A DNA stretch of 64,000 bases from the human T2T-CHM13v2.0 reference genome, Homo sapiens. Within the stretch, counting starts at the first letter, position 1. Each line of letters starts with the position of its first letter. The stretch lies in the NCBI RefSeq assembly GCF_009914755.1, contig NC_060928.1, one strand, 5' to 3'. The notes under the pieces are model-generated. The model was not told the origin of the DNA. It searched no databases and saw nothing but the letters and a program-made list of their open reading frames with translations. Positions 1 to 13,452 of this stretch are shown here, in pieces. The position numbers and the translations under genes are program-made.

Positions 1-45
1 ATTCAAACCACAAATTTAAAAAATTTGGTTTTAAATAAATATATA

Positions 46-391
46 TTTTTTCCCATAAGTTATTAGGGTACAGGTGGTATTCGGTTACATGAGTAAGTTC
101 TTTAGTGGTGATTTGTGAGATTTTGGTGTACCCATCACCCGAGCACTATACACTGCACCTCGTTTGTAGTCTTTCCCTCACCCCTTCTCACTCTTCCCCC
201 CAAGTCCCCAAAGTCCACTGTATCATTCTTATGCCTTTGCATCCTCATAGCTTAGCTCCCACATATCAGTGAGAACATACGATATTTGGTTTTCCAATCC
301 TGAGTTATTCCACTTAGAATAATAGTCTCCAATCTCATCCAGGTCACTGCAAATGCTGTTAATTCATTCCTTTTTATGGCTGCATAGTATT

Positions 392-458
<67 letters not shown>

Positions 459-3400
459 CACAGTTTCTTTATCCACTCATTGATTGATGGACACTTGGGT
501 TGGTTCCACGATTTTGCAATTGTGAATTGTGCTGCTATAAATATACATGTGTTCAAATATGCAATAAATATACATGTGTTCAAATAATGACTTCTTTTCC
601 TCTGGGTAGATATCCAGTGGTGGGATTGCTGGATCAAATGGTAGCTCTACTTTCAGTTCTTTAAGGAATCTCTACACTGTTTTCCATAGTGGCTGTAGTA
701 GTTTACATTCCCACCAGCAGTGTAGAAGCATTCCATGTTCACCACATACATGCCAACATCTACTGTTTTTTTTGATTTTTTTGATTTGGGCATTCTTGCA
801 GGAGTAAGGTAGTACAGCATTGCAGTTTTGATTTGCATTTCCCTGATCATTAATGATGTTAAGCATTTTTTCATGGTTTTTAGCCATTTGTACATCTTCT
901 TTTGAGAATTGTCTATTCATATCCTTAGCTCACTTTTTGATGGGATTGTTTTTTTCTTACTGATTTGTTTGAATTCGTTGTAGATTCTGGATATTAGTCC
1001 TTTGTCAGATGTATAGATTGTGAAGATTTTCTCCCACTTCATGGCTTATCTGTTTACTCTGCTGACTGTTCTTTTTGTCATGCAAAAGCTCTTTAGTTTA
1101 ATTAGGTCCCAGCTATTTATCTTTGTTTTTATTGAATTTGCTTTTGGGTTCTTGATCATGAAATCCTTGCCTAAGCCAATGTCTAAAAGAGTTTTTCCAA
1201 TGTTATCTTCTAGAATTTTTATAGTTTCACGTCTTAGATTTAAGTCCTTAATCCATCTTGAGTTGATTTTTGTATAAGGTGAGAGATGAGGATCTAGTAT
1301 CATTCTCCTACATAGGGCTTGCCAATTATCCCAGGACCATTTGTTGAAAAGGGTGCCCTATCCCCACTTTATGTTTTTGTTTTCTTTGTCAAAGATCAAT
1401 TGGCTGTAAGTATTTGGTTTATTTCTGGGTTCTCTATTCTGTTCTATTGGTCTATGTGCCTATTTTTATATTGGTACCATGCTGTTTTGGTAATTATGGC
1501 CTTATAGCATAGTTTGAAATCAGGTAGTGTGATGCTTCCAGATTTGATCTTTTTGCTTAGTCTTGCTTTGACTATGTGAGCTCTTTTTTGGTTCCATATG
1601 AATATTAGAATTGTTTTTTCTAATTCTGTGAAGAATGATGGTGGTTTTTTGATGGGGATTGCATTGAATTTGTAGATTGCTTTTGGCAATATGTTCATTT
1701 TCACAATATTGATTCTACCCATCCATGAGCATGGGATGTGTCCTATTTATATGTGTCGTCTATGATTTCTTTCAGCAGTGTTCTGTAGTTTTCCTTATAG
1801 AGGTCTTTCCACTCCTTTGTTAAGTATATTCCTAAGTTGTTTGTTTTTTTTGTTTTGTTTTGTTTTTTTTAGCTATTGTGAAAGGGGTTGAGTTCTTGAT
1901 TTGATTCTCTGCTTGATCACTGTTGGTATATAGAAGAGCTACTGATTTGTGTACATTAATCTTGTAGGCAGAAACTTTGCTGAATTCTTTTATGAGTTCT
2001 AGGAGCTTTCTGGAGGGATCCTTAGGGTTTTCAGAGTAAACAATCATACCTCAGCAAACAGTGACAGTTTGACTTTCGCTTTACCAATTTGGATGCCCTT
2101 TATTTCTTTCTCCTAGCTCTGACTAGGACTTCCAGTACTATGTTGAAGAGGAGTAGTGAGAGAGCTCATCCTTGTCTTGTTCCAGTTCTCAGAGGGAATG
2201 CTTTCAACTTTTCCCCATTCAGTACTGTGTTGGCTGTGGGTTTGTTGTAGATGGCTTTTATAACATTAAGGTATGTCCCTTGTATGCCAATTTTGCTGAG
2301 AGTTTTAATCATAAAGGGATGCTGGATTTTTTCAAATGTTTTTTCTGCATCTATTGAAATAATCATGTGATTTTTGTTTTTAATTCTGTTTATGTGGTGT
2401 ATCACATTTATTGACTTGTGTATGTTAACCACCCCTGCATCCCTGGTATAAAACCCACTTGATCATGATAGATTATCTTTTGGATATATTGTTGGATTCA
2501 ATTAGCTAGTATTTTGTTAAGGATTTTAGCATCTATGTTCATTAAGGATATCAGTCTGTAGTTTTCTTTTTTGGTTGTGTCCTTTCCTGGTTTTGGTACT
2601 AGGGTGGTGCTGGCTTCATAGAATAAATTAAGAAGGGCTCCTTTTTTCTCTGTCTTGTGGAATAGTGTCAAAAGATTGGCACCAATTCTTTGAATGTCTG
2701 GTAGAATTCTGCTGTGAATCTGTCTGGTCCTGGACTTTATTTTTGTTGGTAATTTCTTAATTACAATGTCAATCTCGCTGCTTGTTATTGGTTTGTTCAG
2801 GGTATCTAATTCTTCCTGATTTAAGCTAGGAGGGTTGTATTTTTCCAAGAATTTATCCGTCTCTTCTAGGTTTTCTAGTTTATGTGTGTAAAGGTGTTGC
2901 TAGTAGTCTTGAATGATCTTTTGTATTTCAGTGGTGTCAGTTGTAATTTCTGTTTTGTTTCTTGGTGAGGTTATTTGGATTTTCTCTCTTCTTTTCTTGG
3001 TTAATCTTACTAATGGTCTATCAATTTTATTTATCTTTTCAAAGAACCAGCTTTTTGTTTCATTTATCTTTTGTATTTTTTGTTTGTTTGTTTCAATTTC
3101 ATTTAGTTCTGCTCTGATCTTGGTTATTCTCTTTCTTCTGCTGGGCTTGGGTTTGGTTTGTTCTTGTTTTTCTATGTCCTTGAGGTGTGACCTTGGATTG
3201 TCTATTTGTGCTCTTTCAGACTTTTTGATGTAGACATATAGGGCTATGAACTTTCCCCTTAGCAGTGCCTTTGCTGTGTCCCAAAGGTTTTGATAGGTTG
3301 TGTCATTATTGTCCTGTTAATAGGTTGTGTCATCCTTGTCTTGTTCCAGTTCTCAGAGGGAATGCTTTAAAATAATTTTTTAATTTCCATCTTGATTTCA

Positions 3401-6400
3401 TTTTTGACCCAATGCTCATTCAGGATCAGATTATTTAATTTGCATGTATTTGCATGGTTTTGAAGGTTCCTTTTGGAGTTGCTTTCCAGTTTTATTCCAC
3501 TGTGGCCTGAGAGAGTGTTTGATGTAATTTCAATTTTCTTAAATTTATGAGGCTCATTTTATGGCCTATCATATGGTCTATCTTGGAGAAATTTCCATGC
3601 ACTGTTGAATAGAATGTGTATTCTGTGGCTGTTGGATGAAATGTTTTGTATGTATCTGTTAAGTCCGTTTGTTCCATGGTATAGTTTAAATCCATTGTTT
3701 CTTTGTTGACTTTCTGTCTTCATGACCTGTCTAGTGCTGTCAGTGGAGTATTGAAGTCCCCCACTATTATTGTTTTGCTGTCTATCTCATTTCTTTGGTC
3801 TATTAGTAATTATTTTATAAATTTGGGAGCTCCAGTGTTAGGTTCATATATGTTTAGGATTGTGATATTTTTCTGTTAGACAAAGCCTTTTACCATTATA
3901 TTATGTCCCTCTTTGTCTCTTTTAACCACTGTTACATTAAAGTTTGTTTTGTCTAATATAAGAATAGCTACCCCTGCTCACTTTTGGTGTCCATTTGCAT
4001 GAAATGTCTTTTTCCACCCCTTTACTTTAAGTTTATGTGAGTCCTTATGTGTTAAGTGAGTCTCCTGAAGGTAGCAGATAGTTTGTTGGTGAGTTCTTAT
4101 CCATTCCGCAGTTCTGTGTCTTTTAAGTGGAGGATTTAGGCCATTTACATTCAATGTTAATATTGAAATGTGAGGTACCATTTCATTCATCATGCTCTTT
4201 GTTGCCTGTGTACTTTCGTTTTTGTTTTGTTTTGCTTTTTGCATTTGCTTTTTAACTTGTATTTTTGTTTTATAGATTCTGTGTGATTTATGCTTTAAAG
4301 AGGTTCTGTTTTGATGTGTTTCCAGGATTTGTTTCAAGATTTAGAGCTCCTTTTAGCAGTTCTTGTAGTGGTGGCTTGGTAATGGTGAATTCTCCCAGCA
4401 TTTGTTTGTCTGAAAACAACTGTATCTTTCCTTCATATATGATGCTTAGTTTTGTTGTATACAAAATTCTTGGCTCATAATTGTTTTGTTTGAGGAGGCT
4501 GAAGATAGGGCTCCAATCCCTTCTAGCTTGTAGGGTTTCTGCTGATAATTCTGCTGTTAATCTGATAGGTTTTCCTTTATAGGTTACCTGGTGCTTCTGA
4601 CTCACAGCTCTTAACATTCTTTCCTTCATCTTAACTTTGGATAACCTGATGACAATGTGCTTAGGTGAAGATCTTTTTGCAATGAATTTCCCAGGTGTTC
4701 TTTGTGCATCTTGTATTTGCAGCCTAGGTATCTAGCAAGAGTGGGGAAGTTTTCCTGGATTATTCTCCCAGTTATGTCTTCCAAGCTTTTAGGATTTTCT
4801 TCTTCCTCAGGAACACCGATTATTCTTAGGTTTGGTCGTTAACATAATCCCAGACTTCTTGGAGTCTTTTTTTATATTTTCTTATGCTTTTTTCTTTGTC
4901 TTTGTTGGATTGGGTTGTTTCGAAGACCTTGTCTTTGAGCTCTGAATTTCTTTCTTCTGTTTGTTCAATAATTCTATTGCTGAGACTTTCCAGTGCATTT
5001 CACATTTCTAAAAGTGTGTCCAAAGTTTCCTGAATTTTTTTATTGTTTTTTCTTTAAGCTATCTATTTCCTTGAATATTTCTCCCTTCACTTCTTGTATC
5101 ATTTTTTGGATTTCCTTGCATTGGGCTTCACCATTCTCTGGTCCTCCCCTCCCCTCCAACCCCCCCACCCCACACACACACACACACAATTAGCTTAACT
5201 ATTAACTAACCTCCTGAATTCGTTTTCAGGTAAATCAGGTATTTCTTCTAGGTTTGGATCCATTGCTGGTGAACTAGTATGATTTTTGGGGGGGTGTTGA
5301 AGAGCTTTGTTTTGTCATATTACCAGGGTTGGTTTTCTGGTTCCTTCTCATTTGGGTGGGCTCTGTCACAGGGACAGTCTAGGGCTGAAGACTGTTGTTC
5401 AGATTCTTTTGTCTCACAAAGTGTTCCCTCTGTGTAGTACGCTCCCCCTTTTCCTATGGATGTGGCTTCCTGTGAGCCGAACTGCAGTGATTGTTGTCTC
5501 TCTTCTGGGTCTAGCTGTCTACCCAGCTCCAAGCTCGTACTGTGGGGTGTCTGCACTGAGCCCTGTGATGTGAACCATCTATGGGTCTCTCAGCCATGGA
5601 TACCAGTGCCTGTTCCAGTGGAAGTGGCAGAGAGTGCAATGGACTCCATGGGGGTCCTTAGCTTTGGTGGTTTAATGCTCTATTTTTGTGCTGGCTGGCC
5701 TCTGGCAGGAGGTGGGACTTTCCAGAAAGCATCAGCTGTAGCGTGGAGAGGGACTGGTGGTGGGCAGGGCCCTAGAACTCCCAAGATTTTATGCCCTTTG
5801 TCTTCCACTACCAGGGTGGATAGGGAAGGACTATCAGGTGGGGGTTGGTCTAGGCATGTCTGAGCTCAGATTCTCCTTGGGCTAGTCATGCTGCGGCTGT
5901 AGTGGGGGATGGTGGATTATGGCTGCCTTTGCTGAGTCATGCAGGTTGTCAGGGAAGTGGGGGAAAGCCTGCAGTCACAGGCCTCACCCAGCTCCCATGC
6001 AAACTGAAGGGCCAGCCTCACGCCCACCGTGTCCCCACCAACATCCCCAAGTCTGTTTCCAGGGAGAGAGTTAGATGGGCTTGAAAACCTGCCCAAGGCT
6101 ATCCAACTCCCAGATGTGAAAGAAAAGGGCTTTAGTTCTTCCCCAGCCTGTGAAGTTTGCACTCCAGATTCATGCCCTCCCCGGAGTTCTGGCCAGGAGG
6201 CTTTCTGCTCCGTTCAAATTGTTATGAAGTTCAGCTAGAGAATTCCTTCTCCCTGTGGAGTTTTACCCCCTGCTCCTCTGGCCACTCTTCTGATGGATCT
6301 CTGTGATGCCAGACAACAATAGGCTGCTTGGGGACTCAGTGAACTCCTAGGGCTTTTTTGCTGCTTCCTCTACCCCTGTATTTCACTGGCTCTCTAACTT

Positions 6401-6713
6401 GACTCAGCTCCTGGTAAAATCGGAAACCTCTCCCACAAACAGAACTTCAGCTTCTCCCGTGGAGGTGTGTGTTTGGGAGAGGAGGGTTTCCCTTTCCCAC
6501 TTCCACAGTTGGGGCACTCACAGTATTTGAGGTGTCTCCCAGGTCCTGCAGGAGCAGTCCACGTCCTTCAGAGGGTCTGTGGCTCCTGTTGGGATTGTTG
6601 GTTTGTTCTTGCAGTCAATCTAGAGCTAAAATTCACAACGCAAGCCTCCACATGCTTCTCTGTCCAGAGCTGCAATCTAGTCCTTCCTCCCAACCCATCC
6701 GCCATGATCCTCC
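46..6713 (-). mobile_element. Near-full-length, inactivated LINE-1 (L1PB-type 3' end, L1PBa-type 5' UTR)
   Basis: The minus-strand ORF track gives consecutive ORF2p fragments (ILTLNVNGLN...YLQETHL endonuclease; [22 protein letters not shown] and [12 protein letters not shown]; [20 protein letters not shown]) and an ORF1p fragment (YKGKPIRLTAELSAETLQARRDW). These are broken by stops and frameshifts. A GC-richer 5' UTR spans ~5300-6713. Subfamily called from recalled consensus. Confidence 0.93.
397..453. repeat. (TA)n microsatellite inside the L1 3' region
   Basis: About 28 uninterrupted AT units. Confidence 0.98.
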
Positions 6714-7051
<338 letters not shown>

Positions 7052-7121
7052 CAATTTTTCCTAACTTTTTATTTTGAAAAATGTCAGGCCTTCAGAAAGG
7101 GAAGACTAGAGCGCCTATTAG

Positions 7122-7464
<343 letters not shown>

Positions 7465-7519
7465 TGCCATATTTATGTTCTTATTTCTGTGTGCCTCTTT
7501 ATATATATACTTACCTATT

Positions 7520-7690
7520 AGACTGAGCCCCCATTGCCCACATGGCCATCTGCTTATTGTTAGCTTTCCTCCTCTCCTGCCTCCCTGCCCCACTCTCTAG
7601 CGCAGGCTTGCTGAGGTCACTTACCAAGTTAACTAGAGGCACTCAGACCCATGTCTCAGTGTCTGCTTTTGAGAAAGCCTAACCTCAGGT
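7520..7690 (+). mobile_element. Degenerate ERVL-class LTR fragment (LTR16-like 3' end)
   Basis: ...gcactcagacccatgtctcagtgtctgcttttgagaaagcctaacctcag resembles the LTR16/ERVL 3' terminus; recalled consensus only. Confidence 0.4.
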
Positions 7691-8129
7691 GCTATTTCGT
7701 AATTATCCAGTTTTAAAGCTGAAATCCAAGAATTTTTTCTTTTTTTTCCCCAAGAGAAGATGCCATTTTCATCACAACATGTTTACATACTCAAGGTAGG
7801 AACTTCAACACTTTGCTCCTTCTGACCATACCCATTTACATAAACATATGCAGTGCTCCCCTGGCCTGCCGGCAGCTATCCACACCAGAAAGAGGAAAAG
7901 GTAGACTGGTAAGACTCAGGCTTTCAAGTTATTTCAAAACCAATAGCAAAGTAAGACCTGAGGTACATATAGTTTGAATTTAGTCTTTTGAATGCCTTTT
8001 AAGAGAGTTTTGAAATCAGATTAAGACAAGCAAGTGGGCAAAACATGTATGTGTGCTGTTTTTGGTCATTGTTGCTGCTTTGTGGAAATGAAAAGAAAAT
8101 CCTGAATGATACTTGTTATTTATCCTAAT

Positions 8130-9740
8130 GTGGCCACCTAGCCTCGTGATGACAGTACCATCTGGCTCCTAGTGAAAGGGACCCTGAGGCCCCGTAAGCC
8201 TGCAAGGGTGCTCCATACAAATAGAAGCAGGGGCAACCAGATTTCATAGTCCCGTAAGGATGGCCCAAGAAGAGAAGTTAAAGACCCCTGAGCACCATAA
8301 AGCTGCAGGGGAGCCCTCATTCACACAGACAGCAGCTGGGCACCATAATCCCAGCGTGCACACCTCATATATGCAGCACAAGACCACTTACGAAAGCAAC
8401 CACAAATGGCCAACACAGCCCTTACCTGATGCCTAACCAACTAGCCCACACAGTGCCTGCCAAACCAACACCCAGCACTGTCTTTCTCCAATGTAGGACA
8501 AAGACTGTGAGTCTTGGCTTTAAAAAAAATGTCTCACCCGACTTTCCCACCAAGTCTTACCTCCCAAAGTCTATCCTCTCTTGGTTGAAATGGATTTCCT
8601 TCTTGGCAGTAGAACTTCCACTCAACACTCAGTGCTTAGTCTCAGAGTCTTTTGATTGGCGTATTATTTCATATTTTTAAGCTAGTGGGAAGCCCAATCA
8701 CCTGACTCATCATGCTTTCCAGGATAACCCATCTAGTTTTGAGTAACTTGGATAATTGGGGTGGGTTTTGTAATCTCCACTTCTACCCAAGTGCAGACTC
8801 CCAGGACTTTCCCACTCACAACCCATCAAGCAATTAAGTGGTCCCCGGGCAGCAGTGTGGTTGGTAACTGGGTTACGAAGCTCCTGAATGCAGCTGCTAG
8901 GTTCACACACCACACTTCCACAGATTCAGCCAGTAGGGGGACCATGAAGTCAAATACAGTCAGACATTTTATTACATACACAAAAAACATAAGCATCACC
9001 TGTATGGTGTCAGCTCCCTGCATCTCTAATTCCATAGAATGACACTGAACAGAGAGGCCAGATGACAGATGGCACAGGTGGTAGGTCGTTCTGCTACTGA
9101 GGAGTCAGCTCTACCCCTTAGCCAAATAGGTATACTCACAAAGAAGTCTGCAGTTGAACCCTAAGGGAGCAAGGTCAAAAGTCCTGTGCTCAACTGAAAC
9201 TAAAGAGACGAATGAGAAATGGCCTTGTGGTCATCTTCCACAAGGTAGGGAGGTGGGTGGGAACTGCCCATGGCATCTCTTCACCAGCTTGCTTATCCTT
9301 TCCTGCTGCAGGAGGAATTGCAGGGTACTTTGCCAAGACTCAGGTTGTACTGCAGTCAATTCTGGTCCCATATGTAATCCATAAAGACATGGTTGGTATG
9401 GAGTTGTGCAAGGTTGTCAGGAAGTTGCAGCAGAGCAGCTCCCCTGAATACCTCTTCCAGATCTCAAAGTTTGGGAAGCATTGAGTGTCCTGGACGTTTC
9501 AGAAGGAGGCTGGCCACATAGGAGTGTGGACTGGCTAAAAAAAGCTTTTGACGCATCAAAGAGGGTGACTCTTACAAGATAATTCATGGTAGACATGCAG
9601 GACCTCGCCAGGCAGTGGTGTGCTCAATGGCTGCTCACCCACTGTGTGGGTGGATGGTCTGTAGGTATCAGCGTGGCCACAGTGTAACTGCTTCTCAAAG
9701 ATGACTCTGCCCTTTTCCCAGGATCACCCTGTATTTTGTC
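8130..9740 (-). mobile_element. Ancient ERVL-class element: LTR (~8870-9355, LTR41/LTR52-like) with flanking internal-type sequence
   Basis: The minus strand reads ...tgtgtatgtAATAAAatgtctgactg...actggctgaatctgtggaagtgtgg...aacctagcagctgc, typical of this LTR group's R/U5 region. GC is higher than in the flanks and there is no intact ORF. Confidence 0.45.
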
Positions 9741-10573
9741 CTCTCATTTCAAGTCCTTCTTACCTCCTTCAACACGATGACTCAATCAATATCCTCTGCA
9801 GCTGGTAGCAGACAGGATAGCAGAGGGGACCCATCTTTAATCTGTGAGGCTCACTAAATATCCCTCTCCTTTTCAGTTTATTATTGTGACATAAATTCTA
9901 TGCCCTGCATCCTTCATAGTTGGCCATGTTGATTTTCTACCACGCTTTCTTTAACCAAAAAGGTAAAACAAACAATACTTTTGCAAAACTAAAGCTTTAG
10001 CTTTCAAAATGATTGTTTCTGATGCGGGCTTCAAGAGTCTATTTCAGCAGTAAGAAAACAAATGTTGACTTTCTTTTCATTTGGAACCTTTCTGTCAAAA
10101 ACTCCAATCCTTCTCCAGGCAAAGTGGATCTCTTTGAATGATGAGGAGAACAAATAGTGGAAGTGTGAGAAAGGCAGAAAAGCATACACACTTTTTTCCT
10201 TTTCTTTTGAAAAGGAAAATCTAAAGTAAAGAAACATGAATCTCGGGTTAAAAAAAAGAATCAACATCAATTGAAAGTAAACCATGAAGCAATGACTTGG
10301 ACATTTTGTTTATCCATGTACAGTGTAGCAAATATTTTCTGCCCTAGCTCTTTAAAATACTTAGTGGGTTAGAAACTCATTAACTTGATTTGTTGGTTGA
10401 AGAATAAAAGTTCTCATGCAAATTACATTCTGTTACATCCTGGTCTTTCTCAGGAGGCTTCTCCCTTGTATCTCATGGTTCCCAGGGTCCAGGAAGATAA
10501 GACCACCATTAATATGTACAGAATTCATCTTATCTCTTTTTAAAATATAAATTCTGCCCTCACTATTTTAATA

Positions 10574-11058
10574 AGGGGTCAGCAAGCTTTCACTAAAAAG
10601 CAAAAGTCAGCAAACTTCTTTTTTAAAAGACCAGATAGAAAGTATTCTTGGCTTTGCAGAATTTGTGCTGTCGATTTTACAGAACTAACCTACAGCTAGA
10701 ACCAAGATCAAGCTTCCCCTCAGCTGGCTAAGTGGTGAGACATACCTGATCATTCTTGTTACAGAATTCTGAAAGACAGTATAGTGAAAAAGTTACCTTT
10801 AAATATTATTTATCAAAGATAATACTTCTTGCTGTGCCTAGGTCCTGGAACTGTCAGAAACATCAAATAGCTGCAGAGGGTGGATTGCTTTGCAGGCTAT
10901 ATGGTTTCTGTCACAATTACTCAACTCTGACACTGTAGTGAAAGCAGCCATAGACAATTCGTAAACAAATGAACATGACTGTGTTCCAATAAAACTTTAT
11001 CTGCCAAAACAGGTGATGAGTCAGATTTGGCCCACAGGCCATAGTTCACTGATCCCCT
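10574..11058 (-). mobile_element. MER58A (hAT-Charlie) DNA transposon interrupted by a ~230-bp insertion
   Basis: Ends ggggtcagcaa...ttcactgatcccc; internal matches ccagatag..ggctttgcag|gctatatggtttctgtcacaattactcaactctg..gcagccatagacaat..gttccaataaaactttat. Confidence 0.85.
10663..10890. repeat. Left arm of near-perfect inverted repeat (partner 11515-11747)
   Basis: Manual alignment to the reverse complement of 11515-11747 shows 3 substitutions and one 5-nt indel over 228 bp. Confidence 0.97.
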
Positions 11059-11290
11059 TTTAGATGATTGTATAAACTATGATCATTTTGAAAATGTTGT
11101 TGTCATTAATCACTTAAGAGATAAATTGTACCTTTTTCTCTTTTCTTTGTGTTTTTTTTGTTTGTTTGTTTTCAATTTGAAGCTTTGTCCTTTGCTTCAA
11201 ACTTTGTTTAAAAACTCAGGAACATTTCTGATGTTTGATAGAGCAACCTGAGGATTTTCTCCTTTCTGCAGCTACATATTTATGTATTAG

Positions 11291-11747
<457 letters not shown>

Positions 11748-12129
11748 CCATTACTCCTGCTACATAAAATGGGCCATGATCAAATCCAGTACACCAAACA
11801 TTCTGAGAATAACTGTCAGTGAATGCCCAATACCTGAATTACACCCGGGGTATGTCTTAGGCACACTGTATTCTCCAAAAATGACTGAAACGTTATCTCC
11901 CATTCCTCAAGCTATTCTGCAATGTGAGGCTGCCACTTCTCCATCAAGGTGTGAGGCCTATTTCTGCACCCGCTTCAATCTGACAGTTTTGACGAACAAG
12001 TGGAGAGTAACTGTGCAGCAGTCCCAGGCTTAGGCCATAAAACTAGCCTGTCAATCTCTGCTTTCAATTTGCATGGAAACTTTTATTCTTAGACCAACAA
12101 ATCCAGTTAATTAATTTTTAACCGACTAT

Positions 12130-13452
12130 CTTTTTTTCTTCAACTTTTAAGGTCTGTACATGCGCAGGATATGCGGGTTTGTTAACGCAGGTAAATGTGT
12201 GTCATGGTGATTTACTGCACAGTACCTCCTATCGCCTAGGTATCAAGCCCAGCATGCATTAGCTATTATTCCTGATACCCCACCTACAACAGGCCCCAGT
12301 GTGTGTTTTTCCCCTCCCTGTGTCCATGTGTTCTCATTATTCAACTCCCACTTATAAGTGAGAACGTGCAGTATTTGGTTTTCTGTTCCTGCATTGGTTT
12401 GCTGGGGATAATGGCTTCTGGCTCCATCGATGTCCCTGCAGAGGACATGATCTCATTCTTTTTTATGGCTGCATAGTATTCCATGGTGTACACATGCCAC
12501 ATTTTCTTTATCCAGTATATCATTGATGGGCATTTATATCATTTTCTTTATCCAGTATATCATTGATGCACATTCATGTCTTTGCTATTGTGAATAGTGC
12601 TGCAATAAACATACATGTGCATGTTTCTTTATAATAGAATGCTTTATATTCTTTATATTCTTTTTTTTTTTTTGAGACAGAGTCTTACGCTGTCATCAGG
12701 CAGGGGTGCAGTGCCATGATTTCCACTCACTACAACCTCTGCCTCCCGGGTTCAAGGGATTCTCCTGCCTTAGCCTCCCAAGTAGCTAGGACTGTAGGTG
12801 CACACCACCACAACAGTTTTTTTTTTTGTTTTTGTTTTTTGTTTTTGTTTTTTTTTGCTAGAGATGGGGTTTCAACATGTTGGCCAGGATGGTCTCGATC
12901 TCTTGACCTCGTGATCTGCTACATTCCTTTGGATATATACCCAGTAATGGGATTGCTGGGTCAAGTGGTATTTCTGCCTCTAGGTCTTTGAGGAATTGCC
13001 ACACTGTCTTCCACAATGGTTAACTAATTTATACTCCCACCAACAGTGTAAAAGCATTCCTTTTTATCTGCAGCCTCACCAACATCTGTTGTTTTTTTGA
13101 CTTTTTAATAATAGTAATTGTGACGTGTGAGATGGTATCTCATTGTGGTTTTGATTTGCATTTCTGTAATGATCAGTGGGGATGTTGAGCTTTTTTTCAC
13201 GTATTTGCTGGCCACATGTATGTCTTCTTTTCTAAAGTGTCTAATTATGTTCTTTCCCCACTTTTTAATGGGGCTGTTGGTTTTTGTTTTTTTCTTGTAA
13301 ATTTGTTTAAGTTTCTTATAGACTCTGGATATTAGACCTTTGTCAGATGGATAGATTGCAAACATTTTTTCCCATTCTGTGGGTTGTCTATTCACTCGGA
13401 TGATAGATTCTTTTGCTGTGCAGAAGCTCTTTAGTTTAATTAGATCCCATTT
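12130..13452 (-). mobile_element. 5'-truncated L1PA (older primate subfamily) containing a nested Alu
   Basis: ORF2 C-terminal peptides ([14 protein letters not shown]; WIKKMWHVYTMEYYAAIKKNE) and an L1 3' UTR. Confidence 0.92.
12660..12918 (-). mobile_element. Truncated Alu nested in L1
   Basis: Poly-T, then gagacagagtcttacgctgtc...ggccaggatggtctcgatctcttgacctcgtgatctgc; flanked by tatattcttt and tacattccttt. Confidence 0.9.

Noticed and set aside
252-4629. Many ORFs resembling reverse transcriptase, endonuclease or ORF1p
   Set aside because: Fragments of one frameshifted L1; no intact ORF1 or ORF2, so not an active element or a new RT system.
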